Positions 19,901 to 28,381 of a stretch of 64,000 nt of DNA are shown here, one piece after another. Source of the DNA: Thermoplasmata archaeon (GTDB lineage Archaea > Thermoplasmatota > Thermoplasmata > Lutacidiplasmatales > UBA184); the NCBI GenBank assembly GCA_021823345.1, contig JAKAOF010000004.1:15055-79054 (forward strand), read 5' to 3'. The position numbers and the translations under genes are program-made. The notes under the pieces are model-generated. The model made no database searches. It worked only from the letters and a program-made list of their open reading frames with translations, and had not been told where the DNA came from. Position 1 is the first letter of the stretch. The number at the start of each line of letters is the position of its first letter.

Positions 19901-21684
19901 GTCTGGGCGTACTGCTCGGACATCGACTGGTTCAGGTTCTGGATGATCTTGGTGACCGTGTAGTTCGCCGGATAGTTTCCATTGTAGGAGCTCCCGGTGT
20001 ACTCCCCGAGCAGGGACTTGTCCACCAACTGGTAGGAGAACTTGTGGGACAACTGGTAGTTGGGCGAGCCTTGGAAGGAGCTGATGTCGAGGCGGGTGTG
20101 GAACACGAAGGGGTCCGGAGAGTATCCCCCGCTCGCCTCGTTGCCCACCAGGAGGTTGTCCATGGTGGGGACCTTCGGGACGTTGATCGCGAGCGTGGTG
20201 CTCGGGAGCATCACGTAGGTCGCGGGCACGTAGATGATGAAGGGAGGACCCCCACTGTCGGGGACCACGTAGCAGCCGACCTCGGCGGTCGATTCGAGGG
20301 GCCCGAGGTTCCCGGTGGCGCTTTGCGCGTTCAGCGAGTGGGTCGCGCAGGCCCAAGAATTCTCGACCGGGGGATCGCCGCCGTTCGTGACCGGCGGGTT
20401 ACAGATCGCGACCCCGAGCCAATTGGCATAGTCATTGGCGTACTCCGTGACCCGAGCGTACGCCCATTGGTCCACGATGGAGGCACCTTGCTGCCAGATG
20501 TCTTCCCAGGTGGCCACCGGTTCGAGCAGCGTGGGGTCGACCACGTAGTTGCCGAAGTAGGTGTAAAGGATGTCGTAGGTGAAACGGTCGACGAAGCTGT
20601 ACACCGACTGGGCCAGCGTGGCTCCCACCTGGCTCGTGGCGGTGGTCGGGCTCTTGCCCATCGACTGCATGAGGAACAGGAAGAGCGCGGCGCTGTCCAC
20701 CGTTCCATTGCTGACATACTTCTGGACCAGGGAGTCCAGGGGAGAATGGCCCGCGCCGAAGGCATCGGTCGCGTGCGTGTCGTACGTTCGGAAGGATTGG
20801 AGGGTGGTCAGCAGGAGCGCCAAGTTGCCGGCGAGAGATATGTCCGAGGAAGGGAGCACGCTCGCCACGGAAGTACTGGGTCCGTACGGTCCGCCGCCTA
20901 CCCCCTCGAGGGCATTGAGTTCGCCGACGGTGGTGAGGATGTACTGGGCGAGCCGGGTGAACTCGGCCTCGGGACCCTCGACCGAGTTCGTGAAGGACTC
21001 GGCGGAGGACTCGAGGAGGCCCAAGGCGGACTGGGGGCTTTCCACGAACGGGAAGGTGGCTTCGGAAAAGGCGCCGGAGGTGTTCTGGTAGGCAAACAGT
21101 TGGATCGACCCCACGACGGCCGGATACGGGGTCACGGACGCGGGCGTGGTGGCAAGGTAGGTGTTCTGGGCGGATGGCCCCACGGGCGCGGAGGAGGAGG
21201 GGTCCGCCTCGGACACCGTGGGATAGAGTCCTTCGGAGTGCAGGGAGGGGAAGGTGACGTGCACCCACCAAGAGCTGATGCAGACGACGAACGGGTCCTC
21301 GATCACCGCGTTCTTGCAGGCGGGCATCGAGCCGGACGCGGCGAAATGCATGGGGAAGTTCGTGCCCACGTAGGACCCCACATCGGAATCCACCTCCTGG
21401 TCGACCAAGGTGAGGTTGGGGTTCACGACGGTCCCATCCTGGAGCCCGGTCGCCACCCGGCTCAGCAGGGCGAGGGTGGCGTTCTTCTCGATCGCCTGGG
21501 AGGCGGTCCCCAGGATCGTGGAGGAGGATTGCGAGGCGGTCGTCCCCCCGTTGAGCAGCAGGTTCTGTTCGCTCACGAGAAGGGAGCTGCCGATGATCAA
21601 CACGGCCGACAGGAGCACGATCGCCACGAATGAATATGGTATCCGGCCCGAACGAGACCGGGAGAAGCCTCGGCGATTTCTCAC
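16966..21684 (-). CDS. Giant (about 1570 aa) N-terminally membrane-anchored surface protein; paralog of 4715..9349
   Basis: Start set at the in-frame GTG giving VRNRRGFSRSRSGRIPYSFVAIVLLSAVLIIGSSLLVSEQ, colinear with MKRRLSRQDGRVPYSLVALVVLSSIFTLSVYFEQ. The 76 ORF residues upstream of it look non-coding. Sequon-rich, with multiple conserved blocks shared with 4715..9349. Confidence 0.8.
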   Translation of the reverse strand: MRNRRGFSRSRSGRIPYSFVAIVLLSAVLIIGSSLLVSEQNLLLNGGTTASQSSSTILGTASQAIEKNATLALLSRVATGLQDGTVVNPNLTLVDQEVDSDVGSYVGTNFPMHFAASGSMPACKNAVIEDPFVVCISSWWVHVTFPSLHSEGLYPTVSEADPSSSAPVGPSAQNTYLATTPASVTPYPAVVGSIQLFAYQNTSGAFSEATFPFVESPQSALGLLESSAESFTNSVEGPEAEFTRLAQYILTTVGELNALEGVGGGPYGPSTSVASVLPSSDISLAGNLALLLTTLQSFRTYDTHATDAFGAGHSPLDSLVQKYVSNGTVDSAALFLFLMQSMGKSPTTATSQVGATLAQSVYSFVDRFTYDILYTYFGNYVVDPTLLEPVATWEDIWQQGASIVDQWAYARVTEYANDYANWLGVAICNPPVTNGGDPPVENSWACATHSLNAQSATGNLGPLESTAEVGCYVVPDSGGPPFIIYVPATYVMLPSTTLAINVPKVPTMDNLLVGNEASGGYSPDPFVFHTRLDISSFQGSPNYQLSHKFSYQLVDKSLLGEYTGSSYNGNYPANYTVTKIIQNLNQSMSEQYAQTKVSGYVDTIARAMAKMGPSANGLPTLTGSDVLNSSYSYLTQGSAAEYSTLWAATGYISSQNTPSNLDNWWVTGAEHVSGVGTGPSVHTTYSLSDTARLGARLWYMTYYNLYYGMNGDIDPTLPSGAPVQTSSAEDGLWVSPAAGKLPVPPAQYLYEPNFREDVQSATFDDIYAWMGSSEGSWNGGQGNLDWFLFAPGFQGSGAGPAQVDQECALYANAAASTFTGQDDCDQPYTCEPFLQASAMYYNDQQNLWSQVLGLVEQAGTPTIGSGNSQFSLITTSWNNIQHYTGKADWKGNSFSGAGGFIETYVDIPSLASGNPDPTSIYQNTGSLAEQWIPGIYESSQQWTENMASEQSLPYSPYLQRNMPYEYWQGTRSAALTDGSVESVPGLNLDSVSYYSESGTPGTLTYSLTQPQVCVHTVDPQDSSVNMGIAPFETTWDVFMGGTVRLTISDPQKELLEGGKLHNTTLTIEVPLRANFPVTIETPWPLQSNILQKTDPIPLETRGLLGLVVGHPATFSYDYKPLGSSPANWVFLPGDYVSPLLNKLLVALHGASIIAKNETADEAAMLSNLPDAGPDGGPALSLALSQDVQWDGLAYNSVAKYSSSVFLSLMGQIQGKLHLASGSMLTPVLALNYHTFFGDNMTSLNLQSHYANFQSGEGGTSVNSRSDVFEATESLTTNSITGTVEYDPGNANMTLRSMWKAPGSSWSLLGFWNQSGVTSRLDLTGPGHPISQQLWAYSPGLSSLLVPHDGYTASTASLYVGGAPSGLGTTQTELTKAYQNWMKTTSPTFDTYVTTEQYLAGYLFDCLQQSTGCTLPSQQWRWGTALQMPGGQLWSSTSVIFTPAGGITAANMDAFLLWDVSANRVMGYSLNESAPDYMALALMAQPQVGAPQAGWMSSSLLPSVGWNSTYGIGAFQPTPVALTDPAAAFNDPNFASMEADMGGLLDGGSSSAVVDLGGASSSTYTYQGSLSEQ

Positions 21685-21935
21685 GATACGTTTACCCTGG
21701 TCTGTATAAGTGGCGAGCGGTAGAAAAGCCCTTCGACACGAAAGAACCCGTAAGGACCCGTTTGGACGGGATCCGTCCGAGCCGGGCAGGGTCCCTGTGA
21801 AGACCCGTGCGGTGCCACAAACAATTGCTTGGCCCAACCCTAGGCGCGTCGTGTTGGCAGATGCGTGGGCCGACCGCCCACGACGTGTCGAAAAGCCGGT
21901 ATAGAAACACATTTCTCACCGGTGTCTGTCGCAAC

Positions 21936-21943
21936 CATTTTAT
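21936..21943 (+). promoter_or_regulatory. TATA box (TTTTATAG) about 27 nt upstream of the 21970 start codon, implying a leaderless transcript
   Basis: aaccaTTTTATAGcatgccgggcatatacatacggggttgATG. The spacing matches the archaeal TATA-to-TSS distance, so the mRNA would be leaderless or nearly so. Confidence 0.4.
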
Positions 21944-21969
21944 AGCATGCCGGGCATATACATACGGGG

Positions 21970-22551
21970 TTGATGCAACACATGCACCGGCGTTTCAATG
22001 TGGACAAGAGAGCCGCGCTCGAGGGCCTTCCGCTCTATCTGATCATCATGGTAGTGGTGGCAGGCGTCGTCATTGTGATTCTGCTTTCGTGGCTCTCGTC
22101 GGTGAACCATGCCGGGATCGGTTCCATTTCCGCGAGCTTCTACGGAAAGGGGAACATCGCGGTCGACATCGGCGGCCCATCCTGCAAGACCGCCAGCACG
22201 GCCTACAACCTCTGCTACAATTCGGGATCCGCCGGCACGTGCGACTTCACGAACAATCCCTCGGCCACCGCCAATGGCGAGGCGTTGGTCGTTTCCGTCT
22301 ATGATACGAAAGGCAATGCTCTCAGCGGGGTTTCCGTCCAGCTGTCGTTGAGCGCCGGTTTCGACTGGGGAGCGATCCCCACTTCGGCCACGACCCTCGC
22401 TAACGGAAGCGCCCTGTTCGCGAGCCTCACCGGCCACATCTCGGCGAACACGAACTCGGGCACCCTCACCATCACCGCGACGGACTCCTCCGGTACGAGC
22501 ACCACGCAGTCGACCCAGCTCGTTATCAACGTAATCCCGCCTCAGTGCTGA
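21970..22551 (+). CDS. Prepilin-like secreted protein (class III signal peptide); paralog of 4128..4685
   Basis: MMQHMHRRFNVDKRAALEGLPLYLIIMVVVAGVVIVILLSWL, then a Ser/Thr/Gly-rich domain ending IPPQC. Divergent from the giant paralog gene and immediately upstream of the 969-aa surface protein. Confidence 0.65.
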   Translation: MMQHMHRRFNVDKRAALEGLPLYLIIMVVVAGVVIVILLSWLSSVNHAGIGSISASFYGKGNIAVDIGGPSCKTASTAYNLCYNSGSAGTCDFTNNPSATANGEALVVSVYDTKGNALSGVSVQLSLSAGFDWGAIPTSATTLANGSALFASLTGHISANTNSGTLTITATDSSGTSTTQSTQLVINVIPPQC

Positions 22552-25454
22552 TCGAGGAGGGGAGGGCGCTGGATTCCACCCTCTCTTCCAGGTTGGCAGG
22601 TGCCAGTGCGCTTGCCCTGTCACTACTGGTGCTGCTGAGCGGACTTTCGCTGGTCTTCGATGCGGGCTCGGCCCAGGCCGCTCCTCCCGCTTCGCCTTCG
22701 TCGGGGAGCACGATTTCGATCCAAACGAGCGATGTGCGGGCCGTGAACAACACGGTCTTTGGCACCGAAGTGTTCGTCCCCTCCGCGCCCTATCCCGCCG
22801 GATCGACCACCATCCTCATTGAGGAACCCCTGAGCGCCACGATCGTGATCGGGGTGGGCATCAAGATCGTCAGTTCCGGTACCTCCCCGGTGGGCTACCC
22901 CCTGTGGCGAGTGTGGAGCTCCGGAACCTTGGTGGCCAATGTGACGAACGTGACGGGACCCCTGGCCGCCGGGTCCGCGGTGCTGCTCGAGGCGACCGGA
23001 GGCTCGGGCAGTGGATGGTGGAACTTCACCGCGAACGGCGGGCTCATCCGCAACGGTTCGTTCTCGGGAACGTTCACGGGAGGGGGCGTGCTCGCCGCCG
23101 CGGCGTTCTCGGCCAGTGCCTCTCCCGTTAGCAAACCCACCCTCTCGGTCAGCGTGTCGGGAACCTCTCCCGGTGTCCAGGTCCCCACCGCTTGGAGCTT
23201 GGGGTTCTATCACAGCTCCATTACACTCGCCCCCGGCAGCGCGTACGTCACCGCCGCTTCGGGGATGCAGGCGACCGGTCAAGACCAGAACCTTTCGTTC
23301 TACCAGGACTCGTTGCTCGTCGCCACGAACGCCACGGGCCAACCCATGGGCACCTACCTCTGGGGATTGGGGGGACCGGCGTTTGGTGCGATCGTCCCGT
23401 GGACCTCCTCCAGCCCTTCCGCCCTTAGCAATTCGGGCGTGGGACTCAACCTCACCATTCCCGCGAACGCCACCTTAGGCGGGGACTTTTGCCTCACGGT
23501 GACCGAGCCCTTCAGCGGCGGGAAGAACCTCTCGGGAGCCCTGTGTGCCCTGGGGACCGCGCAAACGCTCGTGTCGTACGTCATGTATTCCGATCCCAAC
23601 GGTTCGTACCAGGGAGAAGCCCCCGTCTCGGGGATCGCGGGGTTGGGATCCCTGAACCTCGAAGTGACATCGGTGGGAACTGGTTTCTGGCAAGTCCTCT
23701 TGGGCGGAAGCCCGATATCCATCCCCTTCACGGGTGCGAACATCGCGGTGGGCCGTGCCGCGAGCTCGGCGACCTTAGCCCCGAGCGTCTCCCTGCTCAC
23801 GGGCGACGGGAACGGCCTTTCCTCCGACCTCAATCTGTCCGAAGGGGTCACCCTCCAGTCGGGCACCACGTGGACCCCGGCACCGGAAGGCATCACGCTA
23901 GCTCCACCGGTGGGAGCCAATGTGTGTGCCCAGGGCAATTCCCAGAACTGGCTGATCCCGCCCGGGGCGATCGATCTCGCTCCCTGTGCGGGAGCGCTCC
24001 CGGGGGGTGTGCGCCTCTGGAACCTTACCACGACGGCGCCGGTGCTGAGCCTCTCCGTCACCGGAAGACCCGGCGCGATGACCTCCCTCGAGGTGCAGAA
24101 CGTGACGCTGTACGTGAATTCGAGCACCGGGGCAGGGACGACCCCCCAGAGCCCGGCCCTCTTTTCGCTCGAACCGGCGTCCCTGTTCGGTTCGCCGGTG
24201 GAGGTCCAGACGGGAGTGTATCGGGTGACCTTGACCGCACCGCCGGAGATCGCGGCGTCCTCGATCACCCCCCAGTTGACCGCCGCCGCTCCCAACGCGG
24301 TCCCCGCCACCAGCTCCTTCTCCCTCCTGCTCGGTCCCGGCAATCTCACCCTCGGGTACGCCCCCCGCCCCCCTACGGTGCTCTGGGACTCGCAAAACGC
24401 GTCCTTGTCCCTCTGGGTCAACACCTCGTCGAGCCCGGGAGTGCCGGTCTCGGACGCGAACCTTTCGATCTCCGCGACGGCGGGTGGGGCCTTCTCGTCC
24501 ATCAACCTTGTGGCTCCAGGAGAGTACTCCACGGTCTACTCGCCGCCGCAGATCACCCGGCAGGTGAATGACACCCTGATCGTCCAAGCCACGGCGAACG
24601 GGTTCTTCCTCCTGCAGGAATCGCTGACGGTGCTCCTCGCTCCCGGGCCGATGTCGGTCGCCATCACGGGGGTGGGCCCGAACGTTACGTCCGGCTCCTC
24701 GATACCGGTCACGCTCTGGGCCAATTCGACATTCGGGGGGGCGCTCACCGCGTCCTGGTCGGCGGTCCTCTCGCTCCCCGGCCTCAATGGGACGGACCTT
24801 CTGTCCAACCTCACACCCGGGCCCTCGGGCTCCGAGCGCGCCGTGCTCACGGTCCCGGTCCTCGGACAGACCAACACGACGACCCTGGTGGTCACGGCGA
24901 CGGCCTACGGGTACGCCCCCGGGGTCTTGCACGTCCCCTTGACGGTGATCGTGGAACCGCTCCACGTGACGGTCACCCCAGCGGGTGCGGCCGTCGGAGG
25001 ATCGACGGTTCCCCTTATCGTGACCGCCACGGATCCGAGCGGCTCCCCCGTGGCCAACGTGTCGGTGGCCTTCAACCTACCCTACGGGGCCGGAACGCTC
25101 TCGGCCGGGAGCGTCATCACCGGTGGGAACGGGACCGCGACGGTCGACTGGGTGCCCCCGAGCGCAGGAGGTACCTGGTCCGTCCTGGTCACCGTGCAGG
25201 GGCCTGCAGGCTACGCTTCGTTCTCCGAGAACGTGAGCCTGAGCGCGACCGCCGCGCGGGGTACGTCCCCGTCCCCCACGGGGCGGTACACCCCGGTGGT
25301 GATCTTCGCCATCGCGGTGGTGGTTGTGGTCGGCGCCCTTCTGCTCTGGGGTTACCTCCGGTACCGCCAGCGCACGGAGTCCGAGCATCCGAAGGCTCCC
25401 AAGGGAAAACGGACCAAGCGGAAGACGCCAGAAGCTCCACCGCCGGGGGCCTGA
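22545..25454 (+). CDS. Secreted 969-aa surface protein with signal peptide, Ig-like repeats and C-terminal TM anchor plus basic tail
   Basis: Signal peptide AGASALALSLLVLLSGLSLVFDAGSAQA. Repeated NxT/S. C-terminal YTPVVIFAIAVVVVVGALLLWGYL followed by a Lys-rich tail. Overlaps the upstream gene by 7 nt. Confidence 0.75.
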   Translation: MLIEEGRALDSTLSSRLAGASALALSLLVLLSGLSLVFDAGSAQAAPPASPSSGSTISIQTSDVRAVNNTVFGTEVFVPSAPYPAGSTTILIEEPLSATIVIGVGIKIVSSGTSPVGYPLWRVWSSGTLVANVTNVTGPLAAGSAVLLEATGGSGSGWWNFTANGGLIRNGSFSGTFTGGGVLAAAAFSASASPVSKPTLSVSVSGTSPGVQVPTAWSLGFYHSSITLAPGSAYVTAASGMQATGQDQNLSFYQDSLLVATNATGQPMGTYLWGLGGPAFGAIVPWTSSSPSALSNSGVGLNLTIPANATLGGDFCLTVTEPFSGGKNLSGALCALGTAQTLVSYVMYSDPNGSYQGEAPVSGIAGLGSLNLEVTSVGTGFWQVLLGGSPISIPFTGANIAVGRAASSATLAPSVSLLTGDGNGLSSDLNLSEGVTLQSGTTWTPAPEGITLAPPVGANVCAQGNSQNWLIPPGAIDLAPCAGALPGGVRLWNLTTTAPVLSLSVTGRPGAMTSLEVQNVTLYVNSSTGAGTTPQSPALFSLEPASLFGSPVEVQTGVYRVTLTAPPEIAASSITPQLTAAAPNAVPATSSFSLLLGPGNLTLGYAPRPPTVLWDSQNASLSLWVNTSSSPGVPVSDANLSISATAGGAFSSINLVAPGEYSTVYSPPQITRQVNDTLIVQATANGFFLLQESLTVLLAPGPMSVAITGVGPNVTSGSSIPVTLWANSTFGGALTASWSAVLSLPGLNGTDLLSNLTPGPSGSERAVLTVPVLGQTNTTTLVVTATAYGYAPGVLHVPLTVIVEPLHVTVTPAGAAVGGSTVPLIVTATDPSGSPVANVSVAFNLPYGAGTLSAGSVITGGNGTATVDWVPPSAGGTWSVLVTVQGPAGYASFSENVSLSATAARGTSPSPTGRYTPVVIFAIAVVVVVGALLLWGYLRYRQRTESEHPKAPKGKRTKRKTPEAPPPGA

Positions 25455-25488
25455 GCAAGCCGGGACGGGCGCGTCGACGGACCGGCCC

Positions 25489-26769
25489 TCAGTCGCGTTG
25501 CAGCAGGGCGACCGTTCCTTGGCCGCCCGCCGCGCAGACCGAAACCACGGCGAGGGACCCGGAGGGGTGGGCCGACAGCTCGACACACGCCTGGCTCAGG
25601 ATCCGCGCGCCGGTCGCCGCAAAGGGATGCCCGAGGGCCAGGGAGCCCCCATGGGGGTTCACCCGGTCCCAGGGGAACGGGCCGAGGTCGAAATCAACCC
25701 CCGCTTTCTCCCGCCGATACACCGGGTCCGACAATGCCTGGATGTTCGCGAGAACCTGGGCCGAGAACGCCTCGTGGATCTCCCACAGGGCGACCTCCTC
25801 CGACCGAAGTCCGTGTCGTGCGAGCAATCGCGGGATCGCCCGGGCGGGGGCCATGAGCATCCCGTCCCGGTGAAAGTCGACCGCGGCCATCTCCCAATCG
25901 AGGATCCGCACGACCGGATCGACCCCGAGGCGACGCATTCCCTCCGGGTCGCCGAGCCAGACCGAGCCCGCCCCGTCGCTCAGCGGGGAGGCGTTCCCGG
26001 GGGTGATGGTGCCGCGCCCGCTCGAACGGTCAAAGACCGGGGAGAGCTTCCCCAGTTTCTCCATCGAGGAGTCCTTCCGCGGGAAGGAGTCCCGCTCCAC
26101 CCCAGCCAAGGGCTGGACGAGGCTTGAAAAGAACCCGGACTCTTGTCCGGCCACGGCGGCGGAGTGGCTCCGCAGGGCCCAGCGGTCCTGCGCCTCCCGC
26201 GAGATACCGAGCTCCTTCGCGGTGACCTCCATGTAATCGCCCATGGATTGCCCGGGGGCCCGGCCCGACCATCCCCGGGTCGGGAGATCGAAGTCCTCGC
26301 GGGTCAATCGCGAGAAGGATGCGTAGCCCTGGTCCGGGTCGACGGCGAACTCCCCGAGCAGGCGCTCGGTCACGCGGTACTTCACGGAGAAGGCCACGTG
26401 GCTCATGCTCTCGACCCCGCCCACCAGGGCGAGGTGGGTGCCGCCCCGCCCCAGCATCCCCGATGCCTGGAGGGCCATCACGAAGCTCGAGGAGCAGGCC
26501 ATGACGGAGGCGTACGCCGGGATCGTGCGGTCGAGTTCCGCGGCGAAGAGCAGGTCCCGGGCGATGTTGGAGATGGTGGGGTCGGGGATCACCTGCCCCC
26601 AAAGGAGGAAGTCCGGACGGGCCCGGTCCAACATGGACCTTACGACCGGAATGGAGAGCTCGATGGACGACTGCCGCGCGTAGGGTCCCCCCGCCCGGAC
26701 GAAGGGGGTCCGCACCCCGGGAGAGAGATAGATCGGGGAGGTGGACGATCCGTGCTCGGGGGACCTCAT
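25489..26769 (-). CDS. Acetyl-CoA C-acyltransferase (thiolase II family)
   Basis: Start at the internal Met MRSPEHG. N-terminus SPGVRTPFVRAGGPYARQSSIELS. Active-site region ASVMACSSSFVMALQASGMLGRG. C-terminus GHPFAATGARILSQACVEL ... VVSVCAAGGQGTVALLQR. Confidence 0.85.
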   Translation of the reverse strand: MRSPEHGSSTSPIYLSPGVRTPFVRAGGPYARQSSIELSIPVVRSMLDRARPDFLLWGQVIPDPTISNIARDLLFAAELDRTIPAYASVMACSSSFVMALQASGMLGRGGTHLALVGGVESMSHVAFSVKYRVTERLLGEFAVDPDQGYASFSRLTREDFDLPTRGWSGRAPGQSMGDYMEVTAKELGISREAQDRWALRSHSAAVAGQESGFFSSLVQPLAGVERDSFPRKDSSMEKLGKLSPVFDRSSGRGTITPGNASPLSDGAGSVWLGDPEGMRRLGVDPVVRILDWEMAAVDFHRDGMLMAPARAIPRLLARHGLRSEEVALWEIHEAFSAQVLANIQALSDPVYRREKAGVDFDLGPFPWDRVNPHGGSLALGHPFAATGARILSQACVELSAHPSGSLAVVSVCAAGGQGTVALLQRD

Positions 26770-26904
26770 GCCGTTTCCTTCCCGTCGACATCCCCGAAGC
26801 ACGTAATCCTTCCGGGCGGACGGAGCGCGCGCCGGCCGGCGAGCTTCACGGGAATGCACGGCGAAGGTCGGCAGGAAACTCTCGGGGGAGGAACGGGGTG
26901 CGGC

Positions 26905-27792
26905 TCAGAGGAGCGACCGGCCGCACGCGAGACAGACCCGCTGCTGGGCATCCACGGGGTTCCCGCAGCTCGGACAGATGCGGCGAGGCGGGGCAAAGCC
27001 CGACCGGTCCATCGGAGGGTTGTTCTGGGACGCGGGCGGAAGGGACGGAGGGGCCTGGGGCGGCTGCACCACGGGCGAGCCGAAGGAGGCGGGAGGAGGG
27101 GAGGGCGAGGGGGCGTATTGGGGTTGAGCGGCATACTGTTGAGGAGGGGGGCTCGCCGACGCCGTGGGGGGGAGCATCGTCTGGGGCGGCGGATAGGAAC
27201 CCACCGGGGCGGGCGCAGCATCCCCGGGGGGGGCGGCGCTGTGTGCGATCGGGGCCGGTTGTGGTTGGGTTCCCGGGTACTGGGGTCCCGAGGTGGGGGA
27301 CCAGGTTCCCATCGGGGCTCCGGTCGGTGCGCCGAGGGGCGGAGGCCCGTCGGTGCCGGTCGCGGAGGGTTCGGCGGGCTTCGCTCCCGCCACCTGGCGC
27401 CAGATGAGGAAGAGGAGGAATCCCGGCAGCACTCCCCCGAGCAGGATCGCGATCAGGGACTGCTGGTGCATGTGGTGGAGGAACAGCGTGGAGGGGCCGG
27501 AGTCATCCGACATCATCCGGCGGGTGAATCCGGGGATGACGGAGAGCACGAGGAAGAGGTTGATCACGATCCCGAGGCACCAGACCACGAGCTCCATCCA
27601 GACGATGACGCTCCAGGAGGGGAAGGAACTCGACCCGGCGTTGACGAGGAGGGCAAGCAGCACCACGAACAGTGCCATGAACGCGAGGGCGATCCACCGC
27701 ACAAGGCGGGCCTTGCGCATGAACTCCTCCTTTTCCTCCCCGGCAGAGGGGGCGCGGGAGAACTCCTCAGGATATCCGGCCGGCGGCATCAT
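26905..27792 (-). CDS. Polytopic membrane protein with Pro-rich linker and C-terminal zinc ribbon; last gene of pilus locus 2
   Basis: Three hydrophobic helices (LVRWIALAFMALFVVLLALLV; WSVIVWMELVVWCLGIVINLFLVLSVIPGF; LIAILLGGVLPGFLLFLIW). Long P/Q/A-rich segment. C-terminus ICPSCGNPVDAQQRVCLACG. Start chosen at MMPPAGYPEE. Confidence 0.55.
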   Translation of the reverse strand: MMPPAGYPEEFSRAPSAGEEKEEFMRKARLVRWIALAFMALFVVLLALLVNAGSSSFPSWSVIVWMELVVWCLGIVINLFLVLSVIPGFTRRMMSDDSGPSTLFLHHMHQQSLIAILLGGVLPGFLLFLIWRQVAGAKPAEPSATGTDGPPPLGAPTGAPMGTWSPTSGPQYPGTQPQPAPIAHSAAPPGDAAPAPVGSYPPPQTMLPPTASASPPPQQYAAQPQYAPSPSPPPASFGSPVVQPPQAPPSLPPASQNNPPMDRSGFAPPRRICPSCGNPVDAQQRVCLACGRSLL

Positions 27793-27805
27793 AGCTGAGC
27801 CAGCC

Positions 27806-28381
27806 TCACGGGCAACTGGGCCACGCATACGTATATCCGGGCAAATAGATAAGGGGTAGGTACTCCGCCGCCCCATCGACCCACACTTCCTTCAGCGTGA
27901 GCGAGAACGGCATTCCGGCCGTGATGTAAAGGCAGCTCTGATCGATCGTCTGGAGCTGTTTGTAATCGAGGTAGGGAACCTTCGTCACGTTCTGGAAATC
28001 CGACCACTTGAGGAGATAGACGGGGTTCGAGAAGGAGCTCCAGCTGCTCACGTACCCGGCGGAGACGTTCGCCGCCACCAGGATGACGTCCCGGGTGAAC
28101 GCGAGGCTGTAGGGGATCGTGCGGTACGGGAACGGCGTGGCGCCGGCGTTCGCCGGGAGCGAGACGGAACCGGTCCCGTTGAACGAGAAGCTCTCCGTCA
28201 CGTTCCCGGAGAGTCCCTCGACCCGGTTGATGTGGCTCGAGATCGTGGTCACGACCGACTCCATCGCCAGGTTCACGCTGTAGCTCGAGGCATCGACGTC
28301 CATGACCGCCGTGACGGTGCTCACCATCGCGACCGCTGCGATGCTCGCCACAAAGATGGACATCACCCAGTCGAGCAGCAT
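27806..28381 (-). CDS. Membrane-anchored pilus-associated protein (N-terminal TM plus extracellular beta-rich domain; minor pilin or FlaF/G-like)
   Basis: Start at the internal Met MLLDWVMSIFVASIAAVAMVSTVTAV. Its ATG overlaps the upstream TAA (TAATG). NxS/T sequons. Sits in the pilin block of locus 2. Confidence 0.55.
   Translation of the reverse strand: MLLDWVMSIFVASIAAVAMVSTVTAVMDVDASSYSVNLAMESVVTTISSHINRVEGLSGNVTESFSFNGTGSVSLPANAGATPFPYRTIPYSLAFTRDVILVAANVSAGYVSSWSSFSNPVYLLKWSDFQNVTKVPYLDYKQLQTIDQSCLYITAGMPFSLTLKEVWVDGAAEYLPLIYLPGYTYAWPSCP

Noticed and set aside
25324-26127. 267-aa + strand ORF and other ORFs antisense to the thiolase gene
   Set aside because: Artefact composition and full containment in the well-conserved thiolase gene on the opposite strand.
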